Shown here piece by piece: positions 59,364 through 64,000 of a stretch of 64,000 bases of DNA. Within the stretch, counting starts at the first letter, position 1. The number at the start of each line of letters is the position of its first letter. Origin of the DNA: Haliovirga abyssi. Lineage in GTDB: Bacteria; Fusobacteriota; Fusobacteriia; Fusobacteriales; Haliovirgaceae. The position numbers and the translations under genes are program-made. Under the pieces are notes generated by a model. The model saw only the letters and a list, made by a program, of their open reading frames with translations. It searched no databases and was not told the origin of the DNA. The stretch spans positions 1,048,637-1,112,636 of the forward strand of contig NZ_AP027059.1 of NCBI RefSeq assembly GCF_030295325.1. Reading direction: 5' to 3'.

Positions 59364-60287
59364 ATGTTATTAAAAAATAGAAATCTATTTGGAATCAAAG
59401 ATTTATCAGTAGAAGATATTATGGCTATATTTGAAAAAGCCAAAGAATTTAAAGCTTTATCAAGAAGTAAAATAAAAAAAAATAGTTTATTAAGAGGAAA
59501 AACAGTAGTTAATCTTTTTTTTGAAAATAGTACTAGAACAAGAAGTTCATTTGAAATAGCAGGGAAAAGGCTTGGAGCAGATGTTATAAATATGAGTGTT
59601 AGTACTTCATCTATAAAAAAGGGAGAATCGCTTATTGATACAGCAAAAACATTAGATGCTATGAAGGCTGACTTGTATGTAATAAGGCATTCTCAAGCTG
59701 GAGCACCTAAAATGTTTTCTAAATATGTAAGTGGTCAAGTAATAAATGCAGGAGATGGAGTTCATGAACATCCTACGCAAGCATTATTAGATGGATTTAC
59801 AATATATGAAACAGGGAAGAAATTTAAAGATTTGAATGTAGCTATTATTGGAGATATTCTTCATTCAAGGGTTGCACGTTCAGATATATATTTATTAAAA
59901 AAATTAGGTGCAAATGTAACATTAGTTGGTCCTGCTACACTTATTCCAGATGAATTCAAAAGTTTTGGAGTTGAAATCGAAAATAATTTAGATAATATTT
60001 TAGGAAAAATGGATGTAATTAATCTTTTGAGAATTCAATTAGAAAGGCAAGGTGATAGTTTATTCCCTAGTTTGGATGAATATCATAATTTTTTTGGGTT
60101 AAATGATGAAAGATTAAAAAAAATGAAAGAAGATGCAATAATAATGCATCCAGGACCAATGAATAGAGGTGTCGAAATTTCATTTGATGTAGCTGATTGT
60201 AAACAACAAGTGATACTTGACCAAGTAGAAAATGGAGTTGCTATTAGAATGGCATTATTAGCTTTAATTATTGAAGGGAGTGAATAA
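59364..60287 (+). CDS. pyrB: aspartate carbamoyltransferase catalytic subunit
   Basis: STRTR and HPxQ motifs (FENSTRTRSSFE, HEHPTQALLD). Confidence 0.95.
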   Translation: MLLKNRNLFGIKDLSVEDIMAIFEKAKEFKALSRSKIKKNSLLRGKTVVNLFFENSTRTRSSFEIAGKRLGADVINMSVSTSSIKKGESLIDTAKTLDAMKADLYVIRHSQAGAPKMFSKYVSGQVINAGDGVHEHPTQALLDGFTIYETGKKFKDLNVAIIGDILHSRVARSDIYLLKKLGANVTLVGPATLIPDEFKSFGVEIENNLDNILGKMDVINLLRIQLERQGDSLFPSLDEYHNFFGLNDERLKKMKEDAIIMHPGPMNRGVEISFDVADCKQQVILDQVENGVAIRMALLALIIEGSE

Positions 60288-60288
60288 A

Positions 60289-61761
60289 ATGAGGATATAT
60301 CCTGATTATAATGAAATAGAAAAAGCATCAAAACAAGGGAATGTAATTCAAATTTATACAAAAATATTAGCAGATGTAGAAACTCCAATATCTGCTTATT
60401 TGAAATTAGCTAAAGATGAAGAATATTCATTTTTACTAGAGAGTATTTCTGGAGAGGATAAATTTGCAAGATATACATTTTTGGGAGTAAATCCATCTAT
60501 TAAAATTTCTGCAACAGATGACAATGTAGAAATAATAGAACATGAAAAAACTACTGAATTCAAATTAAAAACTGGTGAAAATCCTTTGGATTATTTAAAA
60601 AATATAATGAGTAAATATAAAATGGTAAAAAATGAAAAATTACCAAGTTTTGTTGGTGGGGCTGTTGGATATTTTGGGTATGATACTGTAAAATATTTTG
60701 AAAAAATAGAGAAAAAAAATAGAGCTGAAATTAACGTTCCTGATATGTATTTTATGATCACAGATACAATCTTAGCATTTGATAGATTTAAACAAGAGCT
60801 ATTAATTATTTGTAATATGTTTATAGAAGAAGATAGAGATTTGAAATCAATTTATGATGAAAGTGTTGAAAAGATAAAAAATATTTATGAAAAATTGACA
60901 AATGAAGTTAAATTAAATTTTCAAATAAGCGAAGTAAAAGAAGAAATTAAAATCAGTTCTAATTTCAAAAAAGAGGAATTTTATAAAGCTGTAGAGAGTT
61001 CAAAAGAATATATAAAGTCAGGAGATATATTCCAAGTTGTATTATCGCAAAGATTTATGGCAGAATACAAACATAATCCATTTGACGTATATAGAAGACT
61101 AAGAAGCATAAATCCTTCACCATATATGTTTTATCTCAACTTTAAGGATTTTAAAATAGCAGGGGCATCACCTGAAATTTTAGTGAAATTAGAGGGAGAT
61201 ACAATTACTTTGAGACCAATAGCAGGGACTAGAAAAAGAGGAAAAGATGTAGAAGAGGATATTGCATTGGAAAAAGAACTTTTGAGTGATGAAAAGGAGA
61301 TTGCAGAACATATAATGCTTGTAGATTTAGGTAGAAATGATGTAGGAAAAATCTCAAAATATGGAACTGTAAAAGTCACAGAAAAAATGGTAATAGAAAG
61401 ATATTCTCATGTAATGCACATTGTGTCTAGTGTACAAGGTAAAATTGAAGAAGATAAAGATGGATTTGATCTATTGCAAGCAGTATTTCCAGCAGGGACA
61501 TTAACAGGAGCTCCAAAAATAAGAGCAATGGAAATTATAGAGGATTTGGAACCAGTTAAGAGAGAAATATATGGTGGAGCTATTGGATATTTTAGTTTTA
61601 ATGGAGATTTGGATAGCTGTATAACAATTAGAACAATGGTATTTAAAGATAATAAAGCATTTATGCAAGCAGGAGCAGGAATTGTATATGATTCTATTCC
61701 TGAAAATGAATATAAAGAAACAGAGAATAAGATTGCTCCAGTTATTAGGGCTTTGGGGTAG
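60289..61761 (+). CDS. anthranilate synthase component I family protein (TrpE/PabB-like chorismate-binding enzyme)
   Basis: C-terminal chorismate-binding motifs ([22 protein letters not shown]); no trpG/trpD partner in window, so TrpE vs PabB unresolved. Confidence 0.8.
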   Translation: MRIYPDYNEIEKASKQGNVIQIYTKILADVETPISAYLKLAKDEEYSFLLESISGEDKFARYTFLGVNPSIKISATDDNVEIIEHEKTTEFKLKTGENPLDYLKNIMSKYKMVKNEKLPSFVGGAVGYFGYDTVKYFEKIEKKNRAEINVPDMYFMITDTILAFDRFKQELLIICNMFIEEDRDLKSIYDESVEKIKNIYEKLTNEVKLNFQISEVKEEIKISSNFKKEEFYKAVESSKEYIKSGDIFQVVLSQRFMAEYKHNPFDVYRRLRSINPSPYMFYLNFKDFKIAGASPEILVKLEGDTITLRPIAGTRKRGKDVEEDIALEKELLSDEKEIAEHIMLVDLGRNDVGKISKYGTVKVTEKMVIERYSHVMHIVSSVQGKIEEDKDGFDLLQAVFPAGTLTGAPKIRAMEIIEDLEPVKREIYGGAIGYFSFNGDLDSCITIRTMVFKDNKAFMQAGAGIVYDSIPENEYKETENKIAPVIRALG

Positions 61762-61792
61762 GGCGTTAATAGTAGGAATTAGAGATAAAGTT

Positions 61793-61827
61793 TTCGCATA
61801 TACAATCTTTATGGAAGGATATGCGAA
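61793..61827 (+). terminator. hairpin TTCGCATAT-(17)-ATATGCGAA followed by GGTTTTATG (weak terminator)
   Basis: 9-bp stem 32 nt after the preceding stop. Confidence 0.35.
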
Positions 61828-61951
61828 GGTTTTATGCGTGTATAAACGAGTTAGGTGCAATTGTAATTTTTATATAAATTAATATTTTGAGATAAATTCA
61901 GTCATAAGAGATAAATAAGATGATTATTAATTAAAATAAGGAGAAGAAAAA

Positions 61952-62890
61952 ATGTTTCCAGATATAAATGACTTTGATAAGAATGATTTTAGACAATTGA
62001 TATTATATTCATGGAAATTTGAATTAAATGCAATTGAAAGTTTAATAGAGATAACGAGTAAGGACATGGAAGAAAAAAGAAAAGAATTACATGATTTGTC
62101 GGTAGAAAATTTAGATAATTATATTCATGAAGAGTGTATGAAAAATATTATTTATTTGCATGAAACAGAAATGCTTGCATTTCAATCTTTTTTTTTAACG
62201 ATATATTCAGTAGTAGAAGCTTCTTTAGATAGATATTGTGAAATTTGTAAAAGAAAATTTGAATTAAAGATAGGGCTTGAAGATTTAAAAGATAAGGGAA
62301 TAACAAGAGCAATTAACTATTTAGAAAAAGTTGTAGACATGGAAGAAATTAAATACAATGATATGTATAGAAAAATGAAACTAATAAATAAACTAAGAAA
62401 TGATATTATTCATAAAGCGGGTTATATATCTGAAAAAGGAAAAATTGAAATATATAAAGAAGAATTAGAATTAGAAGTGATTGATGGAAAGATAAAATTT
62501 ATTTGTGAAGATATTAAAAGGTTATATAAATATATGGATGATTTTATTAAATTAATATTTAGCAAAAAAATAAAATCATATGATGAAAATTTTAATAGTG
62601 AAGAATTTGAAATTGTAGAATCAATAGGAGAATTTTATAAGGAAAATAGAGTAGTTATATTGAAATTGAAAGATCAAGAAATAAAAATTGGTGATTTTAT
62701 GTATATAAAAAGAAATGAAGAATTAATAAAATTAGAAATACTTGAAATTCAGCTAAACGGGAAAACAGTTACTGATATAAAGGATGAAGAGGTAGGAATA
62801 AGGTTTAAAGATAAATTAAAAAATACAGATTTATTTTATTTAAAGAATAAAAGCAATATACAAAATATGATAAAAGGAGAGAAAATATGA
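61952..62890 (+). CDS. hypothetical Lys/Glu-rich protein with possible HEPN-like Rx4H motif (LRNDIIHKAGY)
   Basis: 312 aa ORF with SD AAGGAG 61939-61944; no family recognised beyond the short motif. Confidence 0.5.
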   Translation: MFPDINDFDKNDFRQLILYSWKFELNAIESLIEITSKDMEEKRKELHDLSVENLDNYIHEECMKNIIYLHETEMLAFQSFFLTIYSVVEASLDRYCEICKRKFELKIGLEDLKDKGITRAINYLEKVVDMEEIKYNDMYRKMKLINKLRNDIIHKAGYISEKGKIEIYKEELELEVIDGKIKFICEDIKRLYKYMDDFIKLIFSKKIKSYDENFNSEEFEIVESIGEFYKENRVVILKLKDQEIKIGDFMYIKRNEELIKLEILEIQLNGKTVTDIKDEEVGIRFKDKLKNTDLFYLKNKSNIQNMIKGEKI

Positions 62891-63579
62891 AATGGGAAAT
62901 AGATGTAAATAAAGAGAGAAATGAGATTTTACTTTTTGATAAGAAAGGAATTAATGGTAGATATAAATTTTATTATGATGAAACAAATAATTTTAGAAAA
63001 TTTTGGATAAAGGAAAATAAATTTAATGCATCTACGAATAAGAACTTTGTTTTAGCAGGTTTAGTGCATGAAGATGTAGAAGTTTTACCTAATATAGAAG
63101 ATTTATTTGGAAAATTGAAATTACAATCAAATGTGAAGGAATTGAAGTTTAAAATGATATCAAAGGGTAAATTTCTCGAGTGTTGTAAATCTCAAAAATT
63201 GAATATAATATTAAAATATATTTATGAAAATAAAATATATTTACATTATGTAAAACTTGATCCATTTTATTACTCGATAGTGGACATAATAGATTCGATA
63301 TTAGAAAATGAGTATATGGATTTTTCTTTTGAATTAAAGAATTGCTTATATAAAATAATGTATGCGGATATAGAAAAGACTACAGAATTATTTTTAAAAC
63401 ATGATTATCCAAATATAAAAAAAGATATAAAAAATGAATTTATTGATGATCTTTTAGATATGATAAATGAAAGTGAAGTTAAAAATATGATGAAAAATTT
63501 TCTAATAGAGTTGTTAAAAAAATCAAGAGAAAAAGAAGAATTACCATTTATAATGGACAATTTAAACAATAATAAATGA
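62887..63579 (+). CDS. hypothetical protein (possible N-terminal part of a DUF3800-like protein; YYDETNNF motif)
   Basis: 230 aa ORF, ATGA-coupled to upstream gene. Confidence 0.45.
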   Translation: MKWEIDVNKERNEILLFDKKGINGRYKFYYDETNNFRKFWIKENKFNASTNKNFVLAGLVHEDVEVLPNIEDLFGKLKLQSNVKELKFKMISKGKFLECCKSQKLNIILKYIYENKIYLHYVKLDPFYYSIVDIIDSILENEYMDFSFELKNCLYKIMYADIEKTTELFLKHDYPNIKKDIKNEFIDDLLDMINESEVKNMMKNFLIELLKKSREKEELPFIMDNLNNNK

Positions 63580-63586
63580 TTTATTA

Positions 63587-64000
63587 TTGTTTTATATTTC
63601 ACCATTAAAGTTATTTAAAAATTCAATACATATTTTTGATGAAGAGAAAGAAATAGAAAAATTGATAAGCAATTTAAAATTTATAGATGATGAAAAAGAA
63701 TTATTGCATTATGTTTTTAAAAAGTCAGAAGAAGATAAAATGATACAATTATCAGATGTAATTGCAGGTTTATTAGGAAAATATTTTGATTATATAAAAG
63801 GAGGATCGTTTATAGAGATAGAAAAAGATATAAAAAAATTAAAAGAACATGAAATAGAATATGAAAATTTAATATTATTACATAAGATATTGAAAAAATC
63901 AGAAGATAAATGTATTGGATTTTTACATAATACTTGCTGTATTGAAGAACAGAAAAAAATTTCTTATATTTTTGAAATGCTTGAGGAAGATTTATATTAG
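63587..64000 (+). CDS. hypothetical protein, 3' end outside window (TTG start; IQLSDVIAGLLG motif; may be the +1-frame continuation of the preceding gene)
   Basis: Open frame to window end. Confidence 0.4.
   Translation: MFYISPLKLFKNSIHIFDEEKEIEKLISNLKFIDDEKELLHYVFKKSEEDKMIQLSDVIAGLLGKYFDYIKGGSFIEIEKDIKKLKEHEIEYENLILLHKILKKSEDKCIGFLHNTCCIEEQKKISYIFEMLEEDLY

Noticed and set aside
61682-61882. 66-aa + strand ORF overlapping the TrpE/PabB-like gene end and the downstream hairpin
   Set aside because: It overlaps a conserved gene in another frame and spans a probable terminator. It has no SD.
1-64000. CRISPR arrays, tRNA/rRNA genes, transposases, integrases, phage genes
   Set aside because: No direct-repeat/spacer arrays, no cloverleaf-like GC-rich 75-90-nt segments, and no ORF with DDE/tyrosine-recombinase or phage structural character were seen. 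The only repeats are the two short intergenic families described in the findings.

Overview
AT-rich (about 27-28% GC) chromosomal segment with Fusobacteriota-like gene content: a lipid-A block lpxC-fabZ-lpxA-lpxI-lpxB, a FabK-type fatty-acid synthesis cluster, radA-disA, hflKC and feoAB. All ~65 supported genes lie on the + strand; every reverse-strand ORF in the six-frame track is an antisense artefact. Backbone, 5' to 3': histidine-kinase 3' fragment, ileS-lspA-glyQ-glyS, pcrA, lpxC-fabZ-lpxA-lpxI-lpxB, two-subunit class I fumarate hydratase, rph-rdgB-thrC, a PAS/sigma54-type activator with two small membrane proteins, an Fe-S/NifX-like island, an NfeD-like/flotillin/1640-aa AAA+ ATPase operon, feoA-feoB-Cys-rich partner, a BMP lipoprotein, yceD-rpmF-plsX-fabH-fabK-fabD-fabG-acpP-NMO-fabF-rnc, a radical SAM gene, rng, coaD, a CheY-like regulator, radA-disA, hflK-hflC, pyrB, a TrpE/PabB-family gene and a terminal island of three lysine-rich hypothetical genes. 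No tRNA, rRNA, CRISPR array, transposase or integrase was found. Four things stand out. (i) The 7.9-kb operon (30070-38024) couples an NfeD/flotillin pair to a giant ATPase of unknown function. (ii) The island at 21578-30033 combines an Mrp-NifX fusion, a DUF5320 Gly/Arg-repeat protein, three NifX-like domains, two MinD-ferredoxin ATPases, a stand-alone J-domain protein and a ferredoxin with a Gly/Arg tail. (iii) Two families of short intergenic repeats occur: a 106-nt GC-rich structured element in two copies, and a ~35-bp AT-rich motif in three to four copies. (iv) The terminal island carries a possible HEPN-like Rx4H motif and a possibly split DUF3800-like gene.
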